The notes under the pieces were generated by a model. The model saw nothing but the letters and a program-made list of their open reading frames with translations, did no database searches and was not told where the DNA came from. Below are positions 25,394 through 35,181 of a stretch of DNA of 39,735 nt, piece by piece. The number at the start of each line of letters is the position of its first letter. Positions within the stretch are counted from its first letter, which is position 1. Where the stretch lies: contig CAXNIK010000003.1 of the NCBI GenBank assembly GCA_964202115.1, forward strand, positions 1-39,735. The letters are read 5' to 3'. This DNA is from Burkholderiales bacterium. Lineage in GTDB: Bacteria; Pseudomonadota; Gammaproteobacteria; Burkholderiales; SG8-39. The position numbers and the translations under genes are program-made.

Positions 25394-26585
25394 GCGCGGC
25401 GGGCTCCGAGGCTACGCAGGCGGCGATCTGCTCGGCCGTGTAGCCGAGTATGCCGCCCAGGATCTCCTGGCCATCGCCATTCAGTTCCGACACCCAGGTA
25501 CGCGGCCGGGTGTTGGAGCCTGCGGCGAGGAAGGGCATATGCGGTATCAGGTAGGGACTGCCGCCGATATCGACCGTGCTCAGCGCCTCGCGTGCCTTCA
25601 GTTGCGGATCCTCAAAGGCCTGCTTCAGCGTGCGGAAACGCGAAATGGGCACGCCTGCCGCAATGAGCGTGGCTTCGCACTCGTCCATGGTGCGGGTGCA
25701 GGTCCAGGTCTCGATAAGGCGCAGCATCTCGTACCAGTTCTTGTTGCGTTCGGCCACAGTGACGAAACGCTCGTCGGTGATCCACTCGGGATGACCGGCA
25801 GCGCGCGCCACGGCGTTCCAGTTCGCCCCGCTCACCGGAGGGACCACGACATAGCCATCGGTGGTTTTCAATGGCTGGTGAAAACGCCGGTTGTAGGGAC
25901 CGACCAGCGCCTCGTGCGACTCGTTGATCAACATGAACATCATGCTCTCCAGCATGGACATGTCCAGGAACTGCCCCTTGCCAAAGCGCAGTTTCTGGAT
26001 GACAGCAGTCTGTATGGCGAAGGACGCCCACAGCGCCGTGAGGGAATCGCCGAGGAAGGTGCCCGAGGAGGGCGGCTTGTCGGCGCTGTTGATTTCCATC
26101 TGCGCATGGGCGTAGCCGCTGGCCGCCTCGACGATGGAGGCATAGGCGGCCTTCTGCGAGGACGGCCCGGTCTGGCCGTAACCGGAAATGGAGCAATAGA
26201 TGATGTCAGGCTTCTTCGTTGCAAAGGCAGCGTAGTCCAGACCCAGGCGGCCGGCCACGCCGGGTCGCCAGTTTTCGATGACCACATCGGATTTCATGCC
26301 CAGTTCATAGGCGGCGCTGTAGCCGGCCTCGGACTTCAGGTCCAGCACCAGGCATTTCTTGCCGCAGTTGAGGTGGGCGAAGTGCGCGCTCTTGCCGTTG
26401 AGGAAAGGCGGGCGGTAACGCGAATGCTCGCCGCCCGGGGGTTCGATCTTGATGATCTCCGCCCCCAGATCGGCGAGGAGACGCGTGCAAAATGGTCCAG
26501 ACATGATGCTGGTGAAATCCAGCACCCGTATGCCCGCAAGCGGTCCTTCTGCGAAAAGCGCCTTTGTCGTGTCTGCTTGATTCAT
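25386..26585 (-). CDS. CaiB/BaiF family III CoA-transferase
   Basis: GPLAGIRVLDF, SGPFCTRLLADLGAEIIKIEPP, NCGKK, ENWRPG, SISGYGQTGP, catalytic Asp in FLGDSL. ATG 26585. Confidence 0.92.
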   Translation of the reverse strand: MNQADTTKALFAEGPLAGIRVLDFTSIMSGPFCTRLLADLGAEIIKIEPPGGEHSRYRPPFLNGKSAHFAHLNCGKKCLVLDLKSEAGYSAAYELGMKSDVVIENWRPGVAGRLGLDYAAFATKKPDIIYCSISGYGQTGPSSQKAAYASIVEAASGYAHAQMEINSADKPPSSGTFLGDSLTALWASFAIQTAVIQKLRFGKGQFLDMSMLESMMFMLINESHEALVGPYNRRFHQPLKTTDGYVVVPPVSGANWNAVARAAGHPEWITDERFVTVAERNKNWYEMLRLIETWTCTRTMDECEATLIAAGVPISRFRTLKQAFEDPQLKAREALSTVDIGGSPYLIPHMPFLAAGSNTRPRTWVSELNGDGQEILGGILGYTAEQIAACVASEPAAHE

Positions 26586-26628
26586 TGTCGCTTCCTTTTT
26601 CTTTCTGCCCGCGTTGCACTTGGATGTC

Positions 26629-27615
26629 TCATTTCGATGAGCCCACTTCCAGCACGGCCTTGCCGCTGATGCGCCTGTGCATGAGGTCATTGATGGCATC
26701 GGCTGCGCGCTCCAGCGGATAGCGCACACTGATATGCGGCTTGAGTTGACCGCTCGCGAGCCAGCCGAGGAATTGCGCGATGTTGGCGGCGCTTTCCTCG
26801 GGGCGGCGCTGCATGAACTGGCCGCGCCGCACACCTATGATCAGGCAACCCTTGATCAGGGCCAGGTTGAGCCCGATCTTGGGGAATTCTCCCGAGGCGA
26901 AGCCCACCACCAGGTAGCGTCCTTCCCAGGCCATGCTGCGAAGCGCCGGCTCGGCGTACTTTCCGCCTACCGGGTCGTAGACGACGTCGATGCCGTTCTT
27001 TCCGGCGAGCTGCTTCAGGCGCTCGCGGAAATCGGCCTGCTCGTAGTTCACCAGTTCATCGGCGCCGGCCTGCCGGCAGACCTCGAGCTTCTCCACGCTC
27101 GATGCGCAGGCGATGACCCGTGCGCCCATGAGTTTGCCCATTTCAACCGCCACCAGACCCACGCCGCCGGCTGCGCCCAGCACCAGCAGCGTCTGGCCGG
27201 GCTGCAACCGCCCGCATTGCTTCAGGGCATACAGGCTGGTGGAGCAGGTCAGGCCGCTGCTGGCGGCAATATCGAAGGCCAGGGTATCGGGCAGTCGTAC
27301 CAAGCTGACAGCGGGAACCACCACCTCTTCGGCAAACGCACCCCAGGTGAGAAAGCCCAGCACCCGGTCGCCGGGCTTGAAAGCGGTAACGCCGGGTCCT
27401 GTCTCCTTCACCACTCCCGCCAGATCCGCTCCGGGGGAAAAGGGCATCGGCGGCTTGTGCTGATACTTGTCCTGGATGATGAGCGTGTCGGGGAAGTTGA
27501 CCGCGGCCGTCTTGACGCTCACTACGACCTGCCCGGGGCCGGCGTGAGGCGAGGGTATGTCCTCGATCACCAGACTCTCGGGGGGACCAAACTGCTTGCA
27601 CAGGACAGCTCGCAT
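26629..27615 (-). CDS. NADPH:quinone oxidoreductase-like Zn-independent MDR reductase, paralog of 23295..24269
   Basis: AVNFPDTLIIQ.KYQHKPP.PFSPG, GAAGGVG, YDPVGG, GRYLVVGFASG. ATG 27615. Confidence 0.9.
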   Translation of the reverse strand: MRAVLCKQFGPPESLVIEDIPSPHAGPGQVVVSVKTAAVNFPDTLIIQDKYQHKPPMPFSPGADLAGVVKETGPGVTAFKPGDRVLGFLTWGAFAEEVVVPAVSLVRLPDTLAFDIAASSGLTCSTSLYALKQCGRLQPGQTLLVLGAAGGVGLVAVEMGKLMGARVIACASSVEKLEVCRQAGADELVNYEQADFRERLKQLAGKNGIDVVYDPVGGKYAEPALRSMAWEGRYLVVGFASGEFPKIGLNLALIKGCLIIGVRRGQFMQRRPEESAANIAQFLGWLASGQLKPHISVRYPLERAADAINDLMHRRISGKAVLEVGSSK

Positions 27616-27617
27616 GA

Positions 27618-28745
27618 TTATCGTTTCCAGATATCGGGGTCGTTGGCAGCGGTGTCGCCAATGGCGCAATAGCCCAGGGGCTCCTCGACGCTGAACTGCG
27701 GCGCAAGACACACGGGCAGGGCGGGAATTTCCCGGCCGCTGTGCAGCTTCAGCCTGCGCCGGAACACACCGCGAGCGGTGTAGTGCGGGTCTTTCAGTGC
27801 ATCGTCCACACCCTGCACCACCTCCACGCAGGCATCCTGCCCCTCGAACAGCTTCACCCATTCGGCGCCGGTGCGCTCACGCAGCTTCGCGGCGACGCGC
27901 TGCTTCACCGCCAGCGGATCACGCGAGTCGTCGCGCTCCTCTTTGGACAGGCCAATGATGTCGCAGAACTTCTCCCAGAACTGCTTTTCCAGCGGCGCAA
28001 TGGACAGCGCCACGCCGTCCTTGGCCAGGTGTATGCCGTAGCGTGCCGTGCCGCCGGTGTGCGACAGCGAGTTCGCCGGAGTAGCGCCATCGCCGGCAAG
28101 CACGGGGGTAAGCGTGCGCCGCATCCAGAAGAAGGTGTTCTCGGACATGGCAACATCGATGTAGCAACCCTGCCCGGTTTCCTTGCGCTGCAAAAGGGCA
28201 AGCAGGATGTTGACGATGGCGGGAAAGGTGCCACCGCCGATGTCGGCGATCTGCACCTGGGTGAGCAGCGGCGTGTTGTCATGCTCATCGACCAGGGTTG
28301 AGAGGATGCCCGAGCGCGCCACGTAGTTGAGGTCGTGCGAGGCCTTCTGCGCCAGCGGGCCGTTCTGCCCGTAGCCGGTGATGGCGCAGTAGATGAGGCC
28401 GGGGTTGGATTTCTTCAGCTCTTCATAGCCCAGGCCCAGCCGGTCCATGACGCCGGGCCGGAACTGATCCACCAGCACGTCGGCCTGGAGAGCGAGGCGC
28501 CTGGCTGCCGCCAGATCGGCGTCCTTCTTCAGATCGAGCGCGACACTTTTCTTGCCCCGGTGCAACAGCGCGAAATCGATGCTCTCGCCATGGAGCATGC
28601 GCGCACGACCGAGATCGCCCACGCCCGGCCGCTCCACCTTGACCACGCTGGCGCCGGCCTCGGCGAAGAGCAGCGTGGCCATGGGGCCGGGCAGCAGGCT
28701 GGAAAAGTCCAGCACGCGCACACCTGAAAGCGGCAGCCCGCCCAT
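27618..28745 (-). CDS. CaiB/BaiF family III protein, racemase (AMACR)-like branch
   Basis: PLSGVRVLDFS.LLPGP, HRGKKS, FRPGVMDRLG, ITGYGQ, HDLNY, IADIGGG. Start overlaps the upstream stop (TGATG). Confidence 0.9.
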   Translation of the reverse strand: MGGLPLSGVRVLDFSSLLPGPMATLLFAEAGASVVKVERPGVGDLGRARMLHGESIDFALLHRGKKSVALDLKKDADLAAARRLALQADVLVDQFRPGVMDRLGLGYEELKKSNPGLIYCAITGYGQNGPLAQKASHDLNYVARSGILSTLVDEHDNTPLLTQVQIADIGGGTFPAIVNILLALLQRKETGQGCYIDVAMSENTFFWMRRTLTPVLAGDGATPANSLSHTGGTARYGIHLAKDGVALSIAPLEKQFWEKFCDIIGLSKEERDDSRDPLAVKQRVAAKLRERTGAEWVKLFEGQDACVEVVQGVDDALKDPHYTARGVFRRRLKLHSGREIPALPVCLAPQFSVEEPLGYCAIGDTAANDPDIWKR

Positions 28746-29809
28746 CACCCCTCCTCCCTGCCGACCGCGGCGAGCCGGGGCCACAGGTCGTCCGCCGGGG
28801 TGCCGATGAAATGCCGACCGAGCATTTCGCGCCAGTGCAGGGCGCTGCCGTATTCGTCACGCCAGGCCCACAGGCGGCGGGTATTGAGGTGCAGGGCGTA
28901 TTCACGGGTGAAGCCGATGGCGCCATGAACCTGATGGGCAATGCTTACCTTGTCCACGGCGTCAGCCAGTCGCGCGCGCGCCGCCGCCACCAGCAGATCG
29001 CCGTCCCATTGATCGACTCTTGCCACCGCCGCATCGGTGATCGCAGATGAAGCCGCGACCTCGCCCGCCAGCACCGCCAGTTGCTGCTGAACCGCCTGGA
29101 ACTTGCCCAGCGGACGGCCGAACTGTTTGCGGTCGCGAACGTATCGCACCGACATCTCCAAGGCATGGCCGAGCGCGCCGACCATCATGCCGGCGCGGGC
29201 GATGGCGATATGACGCAGGACCTGGTCGCGGCTGATGCTGCGGGTCGCCGCCATGGCGGTGATGCCCAGGGCGCGGGCAGCAAGATTGTCGCGCGGCTCA
29301 CCGGCGATGTTGCTGCGGCCCGTGCCCGAAATGCGACCGGGTTCGACCACACCGACAACAGCCTCTTCACCCTGCTGCGCCACCACCACGACCGTGGCAC
29401 TCAGGCCCCAGGGCACGTCCACCTGGCTGCCGGTCAGCTTGGCCTTGCCGCTACTGTTGCTCAGTTTCCAGGACGATCCATCGGCACCCAGTGCCAACGT
29501 CAGGGGACCACGCACCGCGGGCACGCCCACCTGTGACAGGACCCAGGACGCGACCATGGTTTCGGCCAGCGGCACCGGTGCACCGTGACGTCCGGCCAGC
29601 CGCAGCAATTCCACGGCATCGGCCAGCGACGCGCCCACGCCACCCTGGTTCTCGGGCACCAGCAAGGTGGTGAATCCACCCTCTTCGAGTTTCTGCCACA
29701 GGTCGGCGTGTATGCCACCCGCCTCTGCTGCCTCGTAAGCGGGCTTGGTGCACCAGTCCTGCAGCACCCTGCTTGCAGCCTCGACAAACATCTTGCTGGT
29801 TTCGCTCAT
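28745..29809 (-). CDS. Acyl-CoA dehydrogenase family, short non-catalytic (beta-type) subunit
   Basis: PVPLAET, DRKQFGRPLGKFQAVQ, HQVHGAIGFTREY, RRLWAWRDEYG. Paralog of 24308..25393. Confidence 0.85.
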   Translation of the reverse strand: MSETSKMFVEAASRVLQDWCTKPAYEAAEAGGIHADLWQKLEEGGFTTLLVPENQGGVGASLADAVELLRLAGRHGAPVPLAETMVASWVLSQVGVPAVRGPLTLALGADGSSWKLSNSSGKAKLTGSQVDVPWGLSATVVVVAQQGEEAVVGVVEPGRISGTGRSNIAGEPRDNLAARALGITAMAATRSISRDQVLRHIAIARAGMMVGALGHALEMSVRYVRDRKQFGRPLGKFQAVQQQLAVLAGEVAASSAITDAAVARVDQWDGDLLVAAARARLADAVDKVSIAHQVHGAIGFTREYALHLNTRRLWAWRDEYGSALHWREMLGRHFIGTPADDLWPRLAAVGREEG

Positions 29810-29819
29810 CTCAACCCTC

Positions 29820-30983
29820 TCATCTCAGCCCCAGGCCTCGCGCAATCACTCCGCGCATGATTTCCTTTGCTCCGCCGCGTATCGTGAAGGCGATGGACCA
29901 GAGCTGCGCATGGTCGAGCAGCTCCTGCACCAGGCGCCCGCGTTCAAGCGCATTGAGACCTTCGGCCTGCACCAGGTCCTTGGCCACCACCACCATTTCC
30001 TGCTCGAAGCAGGTGCCCAGATCCTTCACGATCGCCGCCTCGAGGTTGGGAGCGCGGCCCGATTCAAGGGTCATGGCAATGGACATGGACATCTGGCGCA
30101 GCGACAGCAGGTGGGCCAGCAGCCGGCCCAGCGCGGCAACGGTGGCCGGGCCGGCCTTCTTGCCCAGCGCCTCGGTGAGTTCGGCCAGCAGGCGATAGGC
30201 GCTGAGCCAGCGCTCCGGTCCGCTGCGCTCGTAGGCCAGTTCCGTGCTTGCCTGAAACCAGCCTTTGTCCAAATCGCCGACCAGCATGTTCTCCGGGACG
30301 AACACCTCCTCCAGGACGATTTCGTTGAAGTCGTGCTCGCCGGGAAGATTGATGATCGGCCGGATGTTCACGCCGGACGCACTCAGATCGATGATGAGCT
30401 GGCTCAGTCCCTTGTGGCGCTCATCGCCCTCGACCGGCGTGGTGCGGCACAGCGTGACCATGTACTGGGCATGGTGCGAGTTGCTGTTCCACAGCTTGGT
30501 GCCAGACACCTTCCAGCCGCCCTCCACCTTGACCGCCCTAGTGCGCAGGGACGCCAGGTCAGAGCCTGAATCGGGCTCGGAGAGGCCTATGCTGAAGAAC
30601 ACCTCGCCACGCGCGATGCGCGGCAGGAACTCGCGCTTTTGCTCCTCGGTGCCAAACTTCAGCAGCACCGGCCCGGTCTGCCGGTCGGTCACCCAGTGCG
30701 CGCGCACCGGCGCACCGGCCGCGAGCAATTCCTCGGTGACGGCATAGCGTTCCAGCGCGGTGCGCTCGTGGCCACCGTATTCCTTCGGCCAGGTCATGCC
30801 TATCCAGCCACGCTTGCCCATTTTCAGCGTGAACGCCTTGTCCACGAACATGCTGACGCGGTTGGGCCTGGGAATGCTCCCATTCGCGCGCTCTGCGGCG
30901 AGGAACTCCCTGACTTCCTGCCTCAGCTTTTCGAGCGATGCCGGGAAATTGGCCGGCTCAAACCTTATTTCTGAAACATCCAT
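29820..30983 (-). CDS. Acyl-CoA dehydrogenase, catalytic (alpha-type) subunit of heteromeric ACAD
   Basis: GWIGMTWPKEYGG, IGLSEPDSGSDLASLRT, FNEIVL, LAYERSGPER, TIRGGAKEI. Confidence 0.9.
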   Translation of the reverse strand: MDVSEIRFEPANFPASLEKLRQEVREFLAAERANGSIPRPNRVSMFVDKAFTLKMGKRGWIGMTWPKEYGGHERTALERYAVTEELLAAGAPVRAHWVTDRQTGPVLLKFGTEEQKREFLPRIARGEVFFSIGLSEPDSGSDLASLRTRAVKVEGGWKVSGTKLWNSNSHHAQYMVTLCRTTPVEGDERHKGLSQLIIDLSASGVNIRPIINLPGEHDFNEIVLEEVFVPENMLVGDLDKGWFQASTELAYERSGPERWLSAYRLLAELTEALGKKAGPATVAALGRLLAHLLSLRQMSMSIAMTLESGRAPNLEAAIVKDLGTCFEQEMVVVAKDLVQAEGLNALERGRLVQELLDHAQLWSIAFTIRGGAKEIMRGVIARGLGLR

Positions 30984-31051
30984 GCGATGTGCTCTCCAAA
31001 ATGCTTTCTGTATGTGTCCGGTGTATGTTTCAGCTGGATGTATCTGTGCTG

Positions 31052-31834
31052 TCAGGTCTTGGCACGCTTGGCGGCGACCGCGGCGATGCGCTCACGATGC
31101 TCGTCAGTGTCCCGCAGAACTGCGGTATGCGATGACACCATGTCCAGGTGAGCAGCCAGGGACAGATTGCGGCTCTGGTAGGTGAGCCGCTTGTAGGCAC
31201 GCACCGCCTCGAAAGGCTGGGCCGCGATCTTTTCCGCCAGTTCATAGGTCACGGCCATCAATTGATCATCAGGCACGGCGCGCGTGACCATGCCCAGTTG
31301 TTCGGCTTCTTTCGCGCCCACGGAACGGCCGGTCCAGAAAATTTCCAGGGCCTTGTCCATGCCGATCAATTTCGGCAGGTAGTAGGCGCCGCCGTCGCCC
31401 GCTATCAGGCCGAGGTTGATGTAGCTCTCGCCGACATTGGCCGATTCGGCCATGAAGCGGATGTCGCACATCAGCGCCATGTCCAGGCCGGCGCCGCGCG
31501 CCACGCCATTGATGGCGGCGATGATGGGCTTGTCCATTTGTTCCAGGAGCAGCGGAATCTTGTGCACCTGGCGCCATAGAAAGTGTTTCTGGGTCAGGGC
31601 GTCCTGTGTGGCGCGATGCTCCATCTTCCCGGCGTCACCGCCGGCGCAGAATGCCTTGCCGGCACCGGTGAGAACAATCACCCTGACTGCGGGATCGTCG
31701 GCCGCCTTGCTCAGCACCGCGAACCACTGATCTATCATCTCCGGAGTGAAGGCGTTGTACTTCTCCGGACGGTTGAGCGTCAGCGTTGCCACGCCGGACG
31801 GCTTCACATCAAACAAAATGAAATTTTCAGCCAC
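31052..31834 (-). CDS. Crotonase-superfamily protein (PaaG-like isomerase type, Asp but no catalytic Glu)
   Basis: FCAGGD, ARGAGLDMAL, ESYINLGLIAGDGG. GTG start after GGAG. Confidence 0.88.
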   Translation of the reverse strand: MAENFILFDVKPSGVATLTLNRPEKYNAFTPEMIDQWFAVLSKAADDPAVRVIVLTGAGKAFCAGGDAGKMEHRATQDALTQKHFLWRQVHKIPLLLEQMDKPIIAAINGVARGAGLDMALMCDIRFMAESANVGESYINLGLIAGDGGAYYLPKLIGMDKALEIFWTGRSVGAKEAEQLGMVTRAVPDDQLMAVTYELAEKIAAQPFEAVRAYKRLTYQSRNLSLAAHLDMVSSHTAVLRDTDEHRERIAAVAAKRAKT

Positions 31835-31868
31835 AGCTCCTCCAGTTTCGATGACATTCGGAACACGC

Positions 31869-33032
31869 TCAGCGCAGTCCCAGTCCCTTGGCGACGATGC
31901 CCCTCAGAATTTCCTTGGTGCCGCCCCTGATGGTGTAGGACGGCGCGTAATAGATGGCCCGGGCGAGCATGGCCTCCAGCTCGTCGCGGCGCGGGCTTGC
32001 GGCGCGCATCGACTCGGATAGCACCTTCCTCGCGACAGCCGGCACTTCCTGATCGAAGCCATTGCCCAGATCCTTGACCAGCGCCGCCTCGACGTCGGGC
32101 GTCTTGCCCCGCTCCAGCATGCCGGCAATGGCGAAGGACATGCGATGCAGGGTCCAGATATGGGACACCAGCCGCCCCAGCGCCTCGGCCTGCACGCGGG
32201 TGGGGTCGGGGCTGATCTCCTCCAGCAGGCTGAGGATCACGCCATAGGTGTTGGACCAGCGCTCCGGACCGCTGCGCTCATGCGCCAGTTCTCCGGAGAT
32301 CTGCGCCCAGCCGTTATCCACGGTGCCGATGAGTGCGTCATCGGGGAGCATGGCGCCGTCGAACACCAGCTCGTTGAAATCGTGTTCGCCCGCCAGGTTG
32401 TAAATGGGCCGCACCGTCAGGCCGGGAGTGTTCCGCAAGTCCACCAGGAGCTGGCTCACGCCGCCGTGACGGCCGGTCTCGGTGCGCGGCGACGTGCGTG
32501 CAAACAAGGTCAGCATCTGCGCCCGGTGTGCGTAGCTGGTCCACACCTTGCGGCCTTCGATGCGCCAGCCACCCTCGACCTTCTCGGCCCTGGTGCGTAT
32601 GGAGGCGAGATCGGAGCCCGAATCCGGCTCGGACAGGCCGACGCAAAAGAAGATCTCCCCGGCAACGATGCGCGGAAGGTAATTCTGCTTCTGCGCCTCC
32701 GTCCCATGCGCCAGCAGCAGCGGTCCGAACTGCCGGTCCGCCAGCCAGTGCGCACGAATGGGGGCTCCGGCCATGAGCAATTCCTCGGACACGACGAAAC
32801 GCTCCAGCGCCGTGCGCTCCTGGCCGCCGTACTGCTTCGGCCAGGTCATGCCTATCCAGCCGCGACTCGCCACCTTGCGGCTGAAGTCCTCATCCCAGCA
32901 GTCCCAGCCGTCGGGATTGCGCCGGAAAGAGCCGGCTTTCAACTCCTCTGCGATGAAGTCCCTCACCTCCTGGCGCAATTCCGCGAGATTGGGCGGGAGA
33001 TGCAGCTCGGCGAGGTTGAATGAATTGAACAT
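31869..33032 (-). CDS. Acyl-CoA dehydrogenase, catalytic (alpha-type) subunit, paralog of 29820..30983
   Basis: GWIGMTWPKQYGG, GLSEPDSGSDLAS, HDFNELVF, LAHERSGPER, TIRGGTKEI. Confidence 0.9.
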   Translation of the reverse strand: MFNSFNLAELHLPPNLAELRQEVRDFIAEELKAGSFRRNPDGWDCWDEDFSRKVASRGWIGMTWPKQYGGQERTALERFVVSEELLMAGAPIRAHWLADRQFGPLLLAHGTEAQKQNYLPRIVAGEIFFCVGLSEPDSGSDLASIRTRAEKVEGGWRIEGRKVWTSYAHRAQMLTLFARTSPRTETGRHGGVSQLLVDLRNTPGLTVRPIYNLAGEHDFNELVFDGAMLPDDALIGTVDNGWAQISGELAHERSGPERWSNTYGVILSLLEEISPDPTRVQAEALGRLVSHIWTLHRMSFAIAGMLERGKTPDVEAALVKDLGNGFDQEVPAVARKVLSESMRAASPRRDELEAMLARAIYYAPSYTIRGGTKEILRGIVAKGLGLR

Positions 33033-33052
33033 GCTCCGCCTTATTCGTCTAC

Positions 33053-34213
33053 CTAAAGCTGCGAGGCTGCTTCTTTGAGCAGCTGCTTGGCAATGATCAG
33101 TTGCATGATCTGGCTGGTGCCTTCGTAGATGCGCAGGATGCGCACATCACGGTAGAGGCGCTCCACTGGATAGGCCTTGATGTAGCCATAGCCCCCGTGA
33201 ATCTGCAGCACGCGATCGGCAATGCGGCCCACCGCCTCGGTGGTGAAGTACTTGCAGCTGGCCGACTCGCGCGTGACATTGCGCCCCTCTTCCTTCATCT
33301 TTGCGACCTTCTCCACCATGGCGCGGCTGGCCAGCGCCTCGGTTGAGCAATCGGCCAGCATGGCCTGGATCAACTGGAAATCAGCGATGGGTTTCCCGAA
33401 CTGCTTGCGCTGCAAGGCGTAGCGCGTGCCTTCGTCCACCAATCTGTCGCACAGGCCGGTTGCGACCGCGGACATGTGTATGCGCGCCACATCCAGGGCC
33501 TTCATCGCCGTCTTGAAGCCTATGCCCTCGGCCCCGCCCAGCAGCGTGGACGCGGGCACGCGGCAATCCTCGAATATGACATCGGCCACGTTGTTGCCGC
33601 GAAACCCCATCTTGTCGTGCGGCTTCTGCACCATCAGGCCTGGCGTTCCCGCTTCGACCAGAAAGGCGGAAATACCATCTATGCCCATCTCCTTGGGGCC
33701 GGTGCGGGCGTAGACCGTAAACAGCCCGGCAAGCGGCGAGTTGGTGGTGAAGCGCTTCATGCCGTTGATCACGTACTCGTCGCCCTCGCGCACCGCCTTG
33801 GTGGCAATGGATGCGACATCCGAACCGGCATTCGGCTCGGACAGGCAGAAGGAAGTCATCAGCTCGCCTGAAGCCACTCGCGGCAAATACTTGCGGCGCT
33901 GCTCATCGGTGCCGTCGATCAGCAGGCCCAGCGTACCCACGCCATTGCTGGTGCCGAAATAGGAGCGAAATACCGGGGAGGCGTAGCCGATCTCGAACAC
34001 GACCTGTGCTTCCTCGTAAGGTGTCAGCCCAAGACCGCCGTATTCCTCTGGTATGCACAAACCGAACAGGCCCAGTTCCTTGAGCTGCCTGACGATGGAG
34101 TCCGGGATTTTTTCCTCGGCCTCGACCTGCGCTTCGGCGGGTAACAATACCTCGCGGGTAAACCGCCTGACGGCCGCGGCAAGCATCTCAACCGTTTCAC
34201 TGCGATCTGACAC
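33053..34213 (-). CDS. Acyl-CoA dehydrogenase (canonical MCAD/SCAD-type Glu)
   Basis: FCLSEPNAGSD, RKQFGKPIADFQLIQ, HGGYGY, RILRIYEGTSQI. Probable GTG start 34213 after GAGGAG. Confidence 0.92.
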   Translation of the reverse strand: MSDRSETVEMLAAAVRRFTREVLLPAEAQVEAEEKIPDSIVRQLKELGLFGLCIPEEYGGLGLTPYEEAQVVFEIGYASPVFRSYFGTSNGVGTLGLLIDGTDEQRRKYLPRVASGELMTSFCLSEPNAGSDVASIATKAVREGDEYVINGMKRFTTNSPLAGLFTVYARTGPKEMGIDGISAFLVEAGTPGLMVQKPHDKMGFRGNNVADVIFEDCRVPASTLLGGAEGIGFKTAMKALDVARIHMSAVATGLCDRLVDEGTRYALQRKQFGKPIADFQLIQAMLADCSTEALASRAMVEKVAKMKEEGRNVTRESASCKYFTTEAVGRIADRVLQIHGGYGYIKAYPVERLYRDVRILRIYEGTSQIMQLIIAKQLLKEAASQL

Positions 34214-34236
34214 GCCATCTCCTCTTGATTGGTGCG

Positions 34237-34338
34237 GAGCAACAAAATTCTTGCTCTGAACACAACGACAATTTGAAGTGCAGCGATTATGCGCATCCGG
34301 GGAAGGATATAGTCGCGGCAATTCCATCTTGCGGAATT
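34237..34338. promoter_or_regulatory. Divergent promoter with inverted repeats GAGCAA-N8-TTGCTC (34237-34256) and AATTCC-N7-GGAATT (34320-34338); the latter is a candidate IclR operator
   Basis: Palindromes read directly in the intergenic gap between the divergent ACAD run and the IclR gene. Confidence 0.55.
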
Positions 34339-34376
34339 CATGCTGGTAATGCCTAGATTAATTGGAGTAAATTCAT

Positions 34377-35168
34377 TTGATGCCGGCCAGGATTCCAGAG
34401 CGATCAAGAGAGCCCAGCACGCGATCGCTGGAGCGGGGACTGCGCATACTCAGGCTGTTCCACCCGGGATTGTCGGTATTGAGCAACAGCGAAATTGCCG
34501 ACAGCGCAAGCTTGCCGCGATCCACTGTAAGCCGCCTCACACAAACGCTGGTGGCCTGCGGATTCCTGCAGCATGACGCGCGCGCCAATGCCTACCGCCT
34601 CGGGCCGCCGGTGCTCAGCCTCAGCGAGGCGCTGCTGTCCAGCTCCGAAGTACTGCAGGCTGCCCGACCGCTTATGCAGGACCTGGTCAACAAGCTGCAG
34701 GTCAATGTCAGCCTGACCATGGCTGATCAGTTGGAGATGGTTTATCTGGAATCGATGTGGCCTCGCAGCAGCAGCCTGATGCGCCGGCGCAGCATCGGCA
34801 GGCGCACACCCATGGAGCGCACGGCATTCGGGCGCGCGCATCTGTCGACACTTCGTCCCAGCGACCGGAACATGCTACTGATCGAGTTCAAGAAGAGACA
34901 TCCGGCAAACTGGGGCGAGATCAGAAAAGGTGTGCAGACCGCGGTATCCGACGTTGCCGGCAAGGGCTACTGCACAGCCGACACCTGGCTGCAGGGCGTG
35001 ACAGCCATCGCCACTCCCATAGAGGCAATGAACCGCCATCCCTATGTGCTGGGCATCAGCGGCCCCACGTCGCTGTTCAGTCCTCAACGCATCCAGGGCG
35101 AGTTGTCACCCATGCTGCTGAAGGCTGCCCAGGAGCTGCGGGCCCGGGCCAAGAGAACAGAGACATGA
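34377..35168 (+). CDS. IclR family transcriptional regulator
   Basis: RSLERGLRIL, HTH LSNSEIA...LPRSTVSRLTQTL..CGFL, YRLGP, IG.R.PM..TAFGRA, GVTAIATP. Confidence 0.93.
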   Translation: MMPARIPERSREPSTRSLERGLRILRLFHPGLSVLSNSEIADSASLPRSTVSRLTQTLVACGFLQHDARANAYRLGPPVLSLSEALLSSSEVLQAARPLMQDLVNKLQVNVSLTMADQLEMVYLESMWPRSSSLMRRRSIGRRTPMERTAFGRAHLSTLRPSDRNMLLIEFKKRHPANWGEIRKGVQTAVSDVAGKGYCTADTWLQGVTAIATPIEAMNRHPYVLGISGPTSLFSPQRIQGELSPMLLKAAQELRARAKRTET

Positions 35169-35181
35169 AGGACGTCATGGA

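Noticed and set aside
4216-34327. N-terminal extensions in the ORF track (e.g. starts 5376, 7233, 10533, 14277, 17371, 19660, 26834, 27861, 34327), which could suggest fusions or overlaps
   Set aside because: The extensions overlap upstream genes and look non-coding. Downstream starts give normal family lengths, most with a clear RBS or a coupled stop/start.
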